Of a stretch of 64,000 nucleotides of DNA, positions 1 through 9,841 are shown in pieces. A program made the translations under genes and the position numbers. The DNA is taken from NCBI GenBank assembly GCA_963806535.1, contig CAWDYC010000004.1, positions 256,001 to 320,000 on the forward strand, given 5' to 3'. Every line of letters begins with the position of its first letter. The stretch's first letter is position 1. The notes beneath the pieces were generated by a model. That model made no database searches and was not told where the DNA came from. It was given only the letters and a program-made list of their open reading frames with translations. The DNA comes from Candidatus Bathyarchaeota archaeon. Lineage in GTDB: Archaea; Thermoproteota; Bathyarchaeia; Bathyarchaeales; Bathycorpusculaceae.

Positions 1-494
1 CTGATAATCCTGAATTAGCAATCGGCGCCATGACTGAGGATGGCACCATAATTCTTGACGAAAACCTTGTTTCGTACTTGGGGGTTTCACAAGATTATAT
101 TAAAGAGGAAAGTGAGCGGCAAAAAAATGAAATCGAGCGCAGACTCAAATTGTACAGAGGAAATGAACCTTACCCCAACTTGCGAGGTAAAGACGTAATC
201 ATAGTGGATGATGGAATAGCTACTGGTTCAACAATGAAAGCAGCTTTAGCCTCAGTTAAAAACAGGGGAGCAAAAACGGTTACTGTCGCTGTTCCAGTTG
301 GTCCACCTTCAACTATTAAAGAGCTAAAAAAACAAGCAGACAAAGTCGTTTGTCCCTACACTCCTGAATATTTCCAGGCTATAGGTCAGTTTTACGTGGA
401 TTTTGAGCAAACAACCGACGAAGAAGTAATCCAACTTCTAAAGCAAAACAAACAAAAAAATCCTGATAAAGCAGCAGGTATGGTGACGGCATGA
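1..494 (+). CDS. Phosphoribosyltransferase family protein (5' end outside window)
   Basis: PRPP-binding motif VIIVDDGIATGST; frame open to the window start (DNPELAIGAM). Confidence 0.9.
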   Translation, partial: DNPELAIGAMTEDGTIILDENLVSYLGVSQDYIKEESERQKNEIERRLKLYRGNEPYPNLRGKDVIIVDDGIATGSTMKAALASVKNRGAKTVTVAVPVGPPSTIKELKKQADKVVCPYTPEYFQAIGQFYVDFEQTTDEEVIQLLKQNKQKNPDKAAGMVTA

Positions 495-1144
495 TTCATC
501 AAGAAAATGAGGTAAAAATCCCATTTGGCAGCGTAGTTCTAAACGGGAATTTGAACGTGCCTTCAGGTGCCAAAGGGATTGTATTGTTTGCTCATGGAAG
601 CGGCAGCGGCAGATTCAGCCCAAGAAACCAATATGTTGCAAAAGAATTCAACAAGGCAAAAATTGGCACTTTGCTTTTTGATTTGCTTACCAGTGACGAG
701 GAAGAAGAGGATATGGTAACTGCAGAGTACAGATTTAACATTGGCTTACTTGCTCAACGCCTTATAGGTGCCACTGAATGGCTCAAAAAAGATCCCTTAA
801 CGAACAATTGTGCATTCGGATATTTCGGGGCAAGTACAGGCGCCGCAGCAGCTTTGATTGCAGCAGCAAAACTTCCAAACGATATTGCAGCTGTGGTTTC
901 GCGTGGAGGACGCCCTGACTTGGCGGCTGATTATCTTCCACAAGTGGTGGCGCCAACTCTCTTGTTGGTCGGCGGTTGGGACACTGAGGTAATTGAGTTA
1001 AATAGGCAGGCGATGGAGCAAATGACAGCTGAAAAGAAACTTGTAATTGTTCCTGGTGCTACGCATCTTTTTGAGGAACCAGGCACACTTGAAGAAGTTG
1101 CTAAACTATCAAAAGATTGGTTTTTACGTTACTTAACTAAATGA
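491..1144 (+). CDS. Dienelactone hydrolase-like alpha/beta hydrolase
   Basis: FAHGSGS, nucleophile motif GASTG, SRGGRPDL, GATHLFEE; ATGA overlap with the PRTase. Confidence 0.9.
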   Translation: MIHQENEVKIPFGSVVLNGNLNVPSGAKGIVLFAHGSGSGRFSPRNQYVAKEFNKAKIGTLLFDLLTSDEEEEDMVTAEYRFNIGLLAQRLIGATEWLKKDPLTNNCAFGYFGASTGAAAALIAAAKLPNDIAAVVSRGGRPDLAADYLPQVVAPTLLLVGGWDTEVIELNRQAMEQMTAEKKLVIVPGATHLFEEPGTLEEVAKLSKDWFLRYLTK

Positions 1145-1213
1145 AAAAAAGATTATTAAATTGACTTTTATTCTGCTTTCGATTGATGATACATCTTATA
1201 GAACGCATAGTTT

Positions 1214-1601
1214 TCAGCCATGTCTGCTGTGTAGAGGAAACTGAATACTAAAACTTCTTCCAAAGGCACAGTTCATGTAAACCTTTTCCTTGGAAATATT
1301 GGCTGCTTTAGACTTAGTTGTTAAAATCACTGTTAAAACATCGCCCATTGCTAATTCATCGCCGATTTTATGTCCATCTTCGGACTTTTCATCTAAGTGC
1401 TATGGCTGTTTTCCATGCGTCTCCACCGCCGAAATCAACAATCACATAGGGATGTCCCAATTGAAGTAAGGATGAAATGGAGATTGAAGGCATGCATTTT
1501 GCGCATTGCCCTGAAACTTCATTCATTTCTGTATCGCTTAGAGGTATGACAAGAATTTTATGTTTATTTTTGTATTCATCTGCTACAGTAAAAAACTGCA
1601 T
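1214..1601 (-). CDS. Hypothetical protein, probably frameshifted near 1395
   Basis: 70-aa ORF continues in another frame (LDEKSEDGHKIGDELAMGDVLTVILTT) to a TGA at 1214-1216; no family recognised. Confidence 0.35.
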
Positions 1602-1668
1602 AAAATCACAAACTAGTTATTCTCTTTTGAAGCTATATCTTTTTCGTTTTCCAGAAAAGACTATATTA

Positions 1669-2416
1669 TCACGCTCGCTTTCCCTTTTCCCAATAGTACA
1701 GGAACAGGTCTTTTACCCAATTGTGAAAAGTGGAATCGGGGCCGAAGAAACCAGCGTAGTCTATTCTTCCTCCAATTTGATAAAAGCATATTCCAGCCGC
1801 CTTCTCAGTGAGGACAACTATGGCGGGAAGCTCCGATAAAACTCTTAATTCAACGTTTTTGGGAGTTGGAGGTAGGATTGCACCTGGTGGGAGGCGTTCC
1901 TGCGAAATGATCATTTTGATTTGTACTCCCTCTACAACTCGTTGATTCATAACTGAAGCCATTTGCCCTGGAATAGTGCCTTCACCTATCCCCCAAGCGT
2001 ATTGCTTTGCTTCAGTGAAAGCCTGGGAACCCAAATTCAAGGACTCAATCGTATCCATTCCCAACTCTGCCGCCGAAAGATCCCCCAATCTGTGAACGAA
2101 TTGGCTCGGTAAACGCATTAAATCATGTGTGGAAAAATACTCTTTGTACTTAGAGACAAAATCCAAAGAAGTGGAAATTTCGAAGGACTAGTTTACCATA
2201 TTCTGTAAGAGCAAACATGCCGTCGGGCTGCCTTTGAACTAACACAGCTGTGCTCAATCGTTCCAGCTGCCTAAAAGCCTCTGTTGGCGTGACGTCAAGT
2301 CTGCGAGCAATTTCCTGCATCTTAAGATTTTCCTTCTTCAGTTCACGCAGTATGCTCAGGCGGCTCTCGCTCGCCAACTCAAAAAACAATTTCTCTAACC
2401 CGATATTGTCTTCCAT
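1669..2416 (-). CDS. ArsR-type wHTH transcriptional regulator with C-terminal DUF1724-like domain (frameshift ~2160)
   Basis: LFFELASESRLSIL HTH N-terminus joined to a C-terminal half ending DLFLYYW. Confidence 0.8.
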
Positions 2417-2523
2417 TCCTTATCACCGATGTTGAAGATTTGACTCTGATACTTACTTCTAAGCATTTGTATCAAATAAAACTAATCACAACTGCCGCCC
2501 ATTCAAAGAACAGTGAAGTAAAA

Positions 2524-2787
2524 ATGGAAATTAAAGCAAATTGTAAAGAAAGGGTCTTCTCAATAGAACTCCAATCGAAAAGAAACCTCAAAAATATAAC
2601 ATTAACCAACGGCTCCAACGACAGCGTCCTAGTTGAAGGCACAATAGGCGAGTTGGTGAAAGCAACCTTCGCAGAAGGCGTAATCCTTGAAGTCGTCGGC
2701 AAAAACGGTGTTCTTCGAGTGGATCTCGGTGAAGACGAAATCCAAAAACCAACCTTGGAAAACCAACTGGAGGAGAAAAAGCAATGA
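2524..2787 (+). CDS. Small conserved hypothetical protein
   Basis: ORF heading a three-gene overlapping operon; start uncertain. Confidence 0.6.
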   Translation: MEIKANCKERVFSIELQSKRNLKNITLTNGSNDSVLVEGTIGELVKATFAEGVILEVVGKNGVLRVDLGEDEIQKPTLENQLEEKKQ

Positions 2788-3185
2788 ACAAAACAAAAGT
2801 AGTAGCAATTTTAGGAGTTTTTGCTGGGCTTATGGGGGCGTCTCATGGACCCGGCGAAATCCTTCAAGGCAACGTGGCGCCAAAAGAAGTTTACATTATG
2901 GCGTGGCCTCAATTGGCCTCTTCATCTTTAGCTGGAGAACCAGCGGTGACTGTGATTCCCAGCTTTATGGCAGCCGGCATCCTCACTATCATCATGGCGG
3001 GTCTAGTGATCGTGTGGGCAGGAACTTGTTTGGAAAGAAAGCAAGGTGGACTGCTGTTGATACTGCTCTCGTTGGCAATGCTAGCCGTTGGCGGAGGCGT
3101 TGTTCCACCACTTTTCGGCATCGCCGTTGGAGTCATCGCTGTAATAATGAATTATAACTCAAGCAAGGGAGGTGTTAACACTTGA
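2784..3185 (+). CDS. Hypothetical membrane protein
   Basis: Several hydrophobic segments; overlapping start/stop with both neighbours. Confidence 0.7.
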   Translation: MNKTKVVAILGVFAGLMGASHGPGEILQGNVAPKEVYIMAWPQLASSSLAGEPAVTVIPSFMAAGILTIIMAGLVIVWAGTCLERKQGGLLLILLSLAMLAVGGGVVPPLFGIAVGVIAVIMNYNSSKGGVNT

Positions 3186-3760
3186 ATAAAGCATTAATTA
3201 TTTACGGAACTCGGTACGGCGCGGCTGCTACAACGTCAGAGGAAATAGCAAAGATCCTGCGCCAAAAAAGTATTGAAGTTGAAGTAGTCAACGCTAAAGA
3301 AGAAAAAGTCAAAGATATAGCCGAATACAACCTTGTTGTCGTTGGCAGTGGCATCCAAATCCACAAATGGACAGGCGAACCAGAAGACTTTCTCAAAAAA
3401 TTCCAGAAACAACTTGCAACCAAGAAGCTGGCGCTTTTCGTCTGCTGCGGTTCAGCCACTAATAAAGATAAACCTGAGACAGTTGAGCAGGCAAAACGGA
3501 GGTACCTTGAAGAAAAAGCAGTCAAGTACAATCTGCAACCCGTTGCTTTCGGCTTGTTCGGCGGAGTCTACAACTACAACAACGTGCCGTGGTACGCGAA
3601 GAAAGCCATGGAAATGGACAAACCAAGAGTGCAAGCAGCCTACAAGGAAACAGAACCGGGAGTATATGACACACGAGACTGGACTGCTATCCGAGCATGG
3701 GCAGAAGATTTGGCTAAACTTCTAAACTCAAACTCAGCTGCTTTTAGAGGTGGTAAGTAA
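3182..3760 (+). CDS. Flavodoxin-domain protein (HemG-like)
   Basis: IIYGTRYGAA FMN loop, VVVGSGI, DTRDWTAIRAWA. Confidence 0.88.
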   Translation: MNKALIIYGTRYGAAATTSEEIAKILRQKSIEVEVVNAKEEKVKDIAEYNLVVVGSGIQIHKWTGEPEDFLKKFQKQLATKKLALFVCCGSATNKDKPETVEQAKRRYLEEKAVKYNLQPVAFGLFGGVYNYNNVPWYAKKAMEMDKPRVQAAYKETEPGVYDTRDWTAIRAWAEDLAKLLNSNSAAFRGGK

Positions 3761-3912
3761 TGAAAATCCAAATGCAACATAGAAACCTCACAAAGATACT
3801 ACTCTTCCTCTTTGTGCTGGGCAACATTGCCATGGACATAATCAACATTGCCGTCTGGCTTGGAATCTCAAGTTTGCAGTCATCACTGGTCGGGAACTGC
3901 TTCAGGAACTAG
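3760..3912 (+). pseudogene. Truncated membrane protein N-terminus
   Basis: TAATG-coupled start, hydrophobic ILLFLFVLGNIAMDIINIAVWLG, stop after 50 codons. Confidence 0.4.
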
Positions 3913-4249
3913 CACAACAAACTTTAGCGCCAAGTGGCAAGCCACATCATCAACTGTATCTAGACAAATAGACTCCCCTTTGACCCTATCAAAGAAAGCT
4001 TGATCTCGAACAAATTGACGAGAATCTTTTTGCTGGATCCTAAATTCTTGGGATTTAGGGTTTCTTCTGCCTCGTTTATGTGTCATACTAACAAGCCGCA
4101 CTCCCAACTTTTGGGTGAAGGGGGCGAAAACTGAAAACAGACTGGAGCTAGCGCTCGCCCAAATATCGAGCGCAGTAGATATAGCCTTACGCTTAAAAAA
4201 CTATCTGTCACGCAAGTTGAAAAAGGCAAACTCGAATAGAACGAAGCAA

Positions 4250-5095
4250 TTACTTAGTTTTTGGTCTTGTCATAGAACTCTGGATCCTCTTTCCGCTGAA
4301 AACGATTGCTAGTATCGCTAAGCCAACAAGAACAATTGTTCCACCTGGTGCTGCGTCTAAAATGACTGATGCTAGTATGCCAAATATTACAGTAATTAGT
4401 CCGATAATGGGGGCAAGTATGACTGTTTGCTTGAAGGATTTTGTAACTTGAGTACTTATTAACGCTGGCAAGACAAGGAGAGCTGAAATTAAGAGAACAC
4501 CAACGATAGGTATTGCAATAATTACGACGACTCCTGCGAGAATGCTTAGAAGGTAGTCAAAGACCCACGTCTTGATTCCTGCAGCTCGTGCCTGAGTTTC
4601 ATCAAAAGTTATGTAAACCATTTCCTTGAAGAATAGGAAAATTATGCTTAGGGCTATTGCTGCAACAATGGCAGACGTAATAATTTGGTCATTATTTACT
4701 ATCAGAATGCTTCCAAAAAGTAGGCTCTCAAGGTTAACGCCAAAGCCATGTGCAAGGCTTAGTAAGGTAATTCCTCCTGCAAGTCCCAACTGAAGGAAAA
4801 CAGCAACGGCGGCATCACCAGAAATCTTTGTGGAACGTAACGCTTTATTGATGCCTATTGACCCTAACACCACAACTATTCCAGCTATCCATATCGGAAA
4901 AATGCTAAGGTAGTATCCAAGGGCTAATCCTCCAAAAGCCGTGTGAGAAAGCCCATCGCCTATTAGCGAGATTTTCTTTAAGACAATAAAAATGCTGAGA
5001 ATGGAGCTAAGAATTGCAATAATTATACTTATGATAAAGGCACGCTGTATGAAAGGAGCCTGAAGCAAGGAAAGAACATCAAGGATGATCATGAT
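4250..5095 (-). CDS. znuB: Zn/Mn ABC transporter permease (ZnuB-like)
   Basis: GDGLSHTAFGG, LFGSIL, VGVLLISALLVLPA. Confidence 0.9.
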   Translation of the reverse strand: MMIILDVLSLLQAPFIQRAFIISIIIAILSSILSIFIVLKKISLIGDGLSHTAFGGLALGYYLSIFPIWIAGIVVVLGSIGINKALRSTKISGDAAVAVFLQLGLAGGITLLSLAHGFGVNLESLLFGSILIVNNDQIITSAIVAAIALSIIFLFFKEMVYITFDETQARAAGIKTWVFDYLLSILAGVVVIIAIPIVGVLLISALLVLPALISTQVTKSFKQTVILAPIIGLITVIFGILASVILDAAPGGTIVLVGLAILAIVFSGKRIQSSMTRPKTK

Positions 5096-5840
5096 GATCC
5101 ATAATCTCCACAGGGTGATCGTATAATTTGTGAATCTCAACGTCTGCTGCGAAGTCTTCGTTTTCTCCGCAGAAGAACTGTGACCTGTTTACGCAAAGAA
5201 CTCTGTTGGCTATCTTTGTTATAACGCCTATATCATGCGAGGATAAAATTACAGTTATTCCCCGCTCCTTGTTTAACCGATCAAGAACGTTATAGAATTC
5301 CTTTTTTGAAGTAGTGTCCACTCCGCTTGTTGGCTCGTCGAGCAAGAGCAGTTTGGGTTCGGCAACCATGGCTTTAGCCAAGAAAACACGTTGTGACTGA
5401 CCTCCAGAGAGTTGCCCTATCTTTCTATCTTTAAGATCGTATATTCCAAACAGTTTGAGTGTTTCCTCAACCTTTTGTTTGTCTTCATCTTTCATTCCGT
5501 GAAATAGTCCAGCAACTGGAGTTCTTCCGAGCATGACTGTTTCATATACGCTAAAGGGTAAGTTTGGGTCTCTTGCTTGGGCACTTTGAGGAACATAACC
5601 GACGTACTTGAGATTTTTACTTAGGTCCGGGCTCCCAAAAAGTTTGATTGTGCCGCTTGTTGCTTTTGTTAGTCCCAAAATGACTTTAAGGAGAGTCGAT
5701 TTTCCAGCGCCGTTGGGTCCTATGAGTGCAATTAGGTCTTTTTGGTTTACGTCTATGTTGATGCCTTCGAGAGCCATAACTCCGTTTGGATACTTGACGC
5801 TGAGATCACGTATTTCGACGACCGAGTTAGCTTCCGACAT
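5079..5840 (-). CDS. znuC: Zn/Mn ABC transporter ATPase (ZnuC-like)
   Basis: GPNGAGKS, GYVPQ, LSGGQ, LLLDEP, His-rich C-terminus. Confidence 0.92.
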   Translation of the reverse strand: MSEANSVVEIRDLSVKYPNGVMALEGINIDVNQKDLIALIGPNGAGKSTLLKVILGLTKATSGTIKLFGSPDLSKNLKYVGYVPQSAQARDPNLPFSVYETVMLGRTPVAGLFHGMKDEDKQKVEETLKLFGIYDLKDRKIGQLSGGQSQRVFLAKAMVAEPKLLLLDEPTSGVDTTSKKEFYNVLDRLNKERGITVILSSHDIGVITKIANRVLCVNRSQFFCGENEDFAADVEIHKLYDHPVEIMDHHDHP

Positions 5841-6765
5841 TGGTCAACGCCAAATGAATGTTATTTATGTCCTGTTGCATAAGAGTTATGTAACTGTCAC
5901 CGGCAGATTTTTCTTGCGTAGTCAGCCCTTCGATCGGATTCATTTCTATAAGGGTCGCGCTAGTTTGGCTACTTATTGACTGCGATATTGCTGGGTTTTC
6001 AAGCGATTCATAGCCGACATATTTGAGGTGATATTGATTAATTGCACTAATTACGTTCTGGATGTCAGTGGGCGTTGGTTCTTCCTCGAATGGTCCTGAA
6101 ATGGCAAGTTGGGTAACGTTATACTGTTTTGCGAAGTAGGCAAATGCTTCATGGAACGTTACAAAGTATTTTGTCGCCGTGTTTGTTGTAGCATTGATTG
6201 CTTGAGAATTTAGTGCGTCGAGTTTGGCTTCATAATTATTAGCGTTTTGTGTGAAGTATTGGGTGTCTGCAGGGTCTGCTTTGATTAATCCTTGAAGGAT
6301 ATTGTTGACTTGTTGTTTTGCGTTTAGGGGATCTAGCCAGATGTGAGGGTCAAGCGTTCGGTTACCGTTTTGAAATTGTGACGGCACTGGGAGCAGGTTG
6401 ATTCCTTGGCTTGTGTCAACTTTGACAAGCTTTGTGTTTCCAGCTGCATTAATTACATCTTGAATCCAGGGTTCAAGTCCAGCACCGTTGTAAATTAGTA
6501 CATCTGCACTTGAAATTTCAGCTATGGAAGACGGTGTTGGTTCGAAAGCATGTACATCAACTGTTTCTGGAACAAGTATTGAGACGTCAGTTTTGTTGCC
6601 ACCCACGTTTTGTGCGAAATCATATAGTGGATAAAATGTTGCAATAACTTTTAATTTTGAACTTGTACCTGGCGTTATGCTGTTTGAAAAGTATAAAGCT
6701 AAGACAGTTCCCACGAGGATAATAGCTATCAAAACTGCGACTATTGCGTAAGTTCTTTTTCTCAT
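5827..6765 (-). CDS. znuA: Metal ABC substrate-binding protein (ZnuA/TroA family)
   Basis: DVHAFEP, DPHIWLDP and FHEAF metal-ligand motifs; N-terminal anchor. Confidence 0.92.
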   Translation of the reverse strand: MRKRTYAIVAVLIAIILVGTVLALYFSNSITPGTSSKLKVIATFYPLYDFAQNVGGNKTDVSILVPETVDVHAFEPTPSSIAEISSADVLIYNGAGLEPWIQDVINAAGNTKLVKVDTSQGINLLPVPSQFQNGNRTLDPHIWLDPLNAKQQVNNILQGLIKADPADTQYFTQNANNYEAKLDALNSQAINATTNTATKYFVTFHEAFAYFAKQYNVTQLAISGPFEEEPTPTDIQNVISAINQYHLKYVGYESLENPAISQSISSQTSATLIEMNPIEGLTTQEKSAGDSYITLMQQDINNIHLALTNVGS

Positions 6766-6803
6766 GAAAACATTCCTTCTCTAAAAGACATGGGTCTAAA
6801 GTT

Positions 6804-6833
6804 GTTATTAAGTTTTGTCTTTTTTTTAATAAC
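6804..6833. promoter_or_regulatory. Candidate NikR-type operator GTTATTAA-N14-TTAATAAC
   Basis: Perfect 8-bp inverted repeat between znuA and the divergent NikR-like gene. Confidence 0.65.
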
Positions 6834-6943
6834 TATGGGTTTTGAAGCTTAGAACAAAGATTTTCTTAATCTGTGTAAAATGCACTTACTAGAAAACAAT
6901 GCGTATCTTATTAAAGCAAGGCAATTGAATATAATCAAAGTAG

Positions 6944-7363
6944 GTGAGTAAATTGAGCATAATTAGTCTTTCATTGCCAACAGAATTGCTTGAAGAGTTA
7001 GATGCAGTACTTGGAGAACAAAAATCGGCAACTAGGTCAGAGATTCTCAGACAAGCTGTGCGAAGTTACTTAACCGAATATAAAAAACTTGAAGACCTGA
7101 AAGGCAACATAATCGCCACCATTTCAGTTCTTTACAACAAAGAAGAAAAAAACGAGGAACTCTTTAAGCTCCAACATGAATTCAGCGACATGATTACAGC
7201 CTATCTCCACTCACATCTTACTGAAACTAGTTGTCTTGAGGTAATGGTAATCAAAGGCTCTTCCAAACGACTAAAGGAATTAGTCGATGGACTTAAGGCA
7301 AATAAACCAGTCAAACAGATAAAACTCTCTGTTATGACAACGGATGAATCAGAAATAATTTAG
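6944..7363 (+). CDS. nikR: NikR/CopG family metal-responsive regulator
   Basis: N-terminal ribbon-helix-helix (ISLSLP, RSEILRQAVR); QHE, HSH and CLE metal-site residues. Confidence 0.88.
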   Translation: MSKLSIISLSLPTELLEELDAVLGEQKSATRSEILRQAVRSYLTEYKKLEDLKGNIIATISVLYNKEEKNEELFKLQHEFSDMITAYLHSHLTETSCLEVMVIKGSSKRLKELVDGLKANKPVKQIKLSVMTTDESEII

Positions 7364-7364
7364 C

Positions 7365-7818
7365 TTAGCTGCTTTCAGTATCTCTCCAAGAGTCCATTGT
7401 AAAGCTTGTTAGTGCCCAGTGCCAACCTCTTTTTTCAGCTGCCTTTTCTCCGAATTCTTTTTCCAAACGCTTGTTCATTCTCAGAATTCTTCGACTTATT
7501 TGATGACGAGTAACTTTAAAACGCTCAAGTTTGGTAGCCAAATCCTTGGGCAACAAACCAGGAGAACCTGCCTCAAAAAGAGCCTGAAGAATCTCGCGGT
7601 CAATCTCATCTAGGCAAGCAACACGCTCAATCAGCGACTTGTCAAAATTGAAAGAATCTTTCAAGTCCTGCAAAGATTGTGCGTAGCATAAGCTTGACCT
7701 CTTCAACTCTGCCAAGAGTCTGTTTGAGTAGCTGCTGATTATACTTTAAACGACCTATCTTGTCGCTTTGACTGCGCTTCTTTTTGGGGTTTTGAACAGG
7801 TTTTTCAGTTGTTTCCAT
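7365..7818 (-). CDS. wHTH protein (frameshift ~7710)
   Basis: ORFs 7642-7830 and 7365-7715 join; DEIDREILQALF...LLPKDLA...RGWHWAL winged helix. Confidence 0.6.
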
Positions 7819-8005
7819 ATCAGAGTGCACACTCCAAGAATTCTGTCAACATCAATACAAGGCAAAATTGACAGTGGGTAATCAGGACCAACTAATTGCA
7901 GAAAAGTGACTTCCGAAAAGCATGGACTTTTCCCATGCCTTAGGGTATGCGCTGAAATGGCTTTTGAACAGGTTTTCACTGCCATTAGCGCAGAAATAAG
8001 TGAAG

Positions 8006-8956
8006 TCAAACGGTGTACTCCCCAAGTTTTCTTTGTCCTTCTGCCAGCTTTTTCGGGTCAGCTTCAAAATTGTCTACTTGCCCAAGGGCTTCGATTAGCC
8101 GCTCAAATTTAATCTCAAGCCGATCCACTTTCTTGTCGATACGCTTGACTTTCTCTGGCATCTGCATGTAATCAATCGCAGCATCCTTGCCGATGTTCTC
8201 AAGTTCGCCCTCGCCCCAACTGTGATCAATCTTGCGACGCCCCGCTCTTACGCTAAAGTATCTGCCAAACAGTTTTGCAACAGGATCCTCAACAGCCATT
8301 TCGCCGCCGACAAACGCTCCCTCAGCTAAGACAACCCCGTATTTCTTCGCCAAAGCCACCGCAATACGATTACTCAGGTTCATGGCTAAACCGTAAACTT
8401 CCGCAGGATTCTTACCCCGAATCACTGGCACGTGAACAATCCAACTTTTTGAAGTATGCCTAACCTTAACACCCTGTTCCAAACCCAAAAGAGCCGTCCA
8501 ATTCTGCATCTCCACAGGCTTGAACTGCCCATCAGGATAACGTCCCTCTGCCAGAATCTTAAACGACACCTGACACTTGTCCAACCTATGCAACTCGCCA
8601 GGAAACACCCTGCCCTCACATGACTTGAGAAGATTTGAGCCCTCAGTTGTAAGAGCATAAAAAGTTGCACTGCTACGCTTCTCCTGGTAGATTAGGCCAG
8701 CTTTTTCTAACTTGCCGATATAGTACCATACGTGGGAACGGCTTAAACCCAAGATTCTGCCAGCTTGCGTAGGGTAATCACCTGCATAAATGCGCTTCAT
8801 CAAAGGAAGAACCCATGTGCGGACTTTATCGCTATCAAACTGCACGCAACCTGTAGCTTGATGTCTAGTTGTACTTTGAGCATTTTCAGCACCGACTTTT
8901 GTACTTTGATCTTCAACCAAAAAATCAAGCCTCCATCCAGCTGGATAAAGCATCAT
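8006..8956 (-). CDS. wHTH protein with uncharacterised C-terminal domain and coiled coil
   Basis: 316 aa; AGRILGLSRSHVWYYIGKLEKAGLI HTH; HRLD and IDHSWGEGELE motifs. Confidence 0.75.
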   Translation of the reverse strand: MMLYPAGWRLDFLVEDQSTKVGAENAQSTTRHQATGCVQFDSDKVRTWVLPLMKRIYAGDYPTQAGRILGLSRSHVWYYIGKLEKAGLIYQEKRSSATFYALTTEGSNLLKSCEGRVFPGELHRLDKCQVSFKILAEGRYPDGQFKPVEMQNWTALLGLEQGVKVRHTSKSWIVHVPVIRGKNPAEVYGLAMNLSNRIAVALAKKYGVVLAEGAFVGGEMAVEDPVAKLFGRYFSVRAGRRKIDHSWGEGELENIGKDAAIDYMQMPEKVKRIDKKVDRLEIKFERLIEALGQVDNFEADPKKLAEGQRKLGEYTV

Positions 8957-9170
8957 TTATTTTCGCTTTCATTTCTTCCTCAAAAGCGTCAATACAAAGC
9001 GTTAGGTCATCTAACACATTGCAAAGTTTTCGGTTTTCTTCCCATAGCAGGCGATTTTCTTTTTCTAGAACAGCGATTCTTTCTTCATATGTTAGTAGGA
9101 TGCGCTGAACTTCTTGTAAAACATCAGATTTAATTCTGTCTCTTATTGAACTGTCGCCGTTTTGAATCAT
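8925..9170 (-). CDS. Small coiled-coil protein
   Basis: Heptad pattern YEERIAVLEKENRLL; GGAGG upstream of the ATG. Confidence 0.6.
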   Translation of the reverse strand: MIQNGDSSIRDRIKSDVLQEVQRILLTYEERIAVLEKENRLLWEENRKLCNVLDDLTLCIDAFEEEMKAKINDALSSWMEA

Positions 9171-9683
9171 CGTTAGCTACCTCCAAAACGTCGACGCTCA
9201 AGAGCTCCCCGCCCAGGACAAGAGCCGCCGCCATGCGTACAATGCCGATTAGAAAAACTGTACCGCTTACACGAAATATCGGTTCCATCAGCAAACGCCA
9301 ACTTTGCAAACTTGCAGAAAAACAAGTCCTTAGAGCACGTATCAATTATGGCGCAGTCTTTTGATAATGGATTACTTAAGCAGGGATAGTATCCAAGAAG
9401 GCATGGAGGCTTAAACGAATCGGCAACTTAGCTCATTGGTGGCTGCCTCCTCTGGGCTGAAACTTAGAGCACGCACCGCTTGAAGCTAACTGATTAATCG
9501 ACTTCTTACCCTTCAAGGCCGGCTCGGAACAACGACCACACCAAAATAAGCAATTCATGCAGCGAAGTTCTTTCCTTGAAAAATCGTCTATTCTGGAGCG
9601 TACGCTAACGTAGGACTTTTAAATCTAAAAAAAGGGGTGGAAGAGAGCGGAAGATTCAGTATAAATGTAGTTCGTACATATGA

Positions 9684-9761
9684 TGGCGGGTCCGACGGGA
9701 ATTGAACCCGCGACCCCCGGATTAAAAGTCCGGTGCTCTAGCCTGACTGAGCTACGGACCC
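9684..9761 (-). tRNA. tRNA-Lys(TTT)
   Basis: Acceptor GGGTCCG/CGGACCC, anticodon arm CCGGA-CTTTTAA-TCCGG, GGTTCAATTCC T-arm, encoded CCA. Confidence 0.97.
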
Positions 9762-9841
9762 GCTTTGATTTGTTGCGGCTATAGGAAAACAAGAAGGGGT
9801 TTTTTAGCGTTTCTATTAAAATTAAGATAAAAAGAAATTAT

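Larger units (their letters stand above)
7365..9600 (-). mobile_element. Provirus/plasmid-like gene string next to the tRNA-Lys 3' end (no integrase seen)
   Basis: Co-directional overlapping short ORFs (Cys-rich, coiled-coil, two wHTH) with GGAGG RBSs, directly downstream of tRNA-Lys. Confidence 0.5.
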
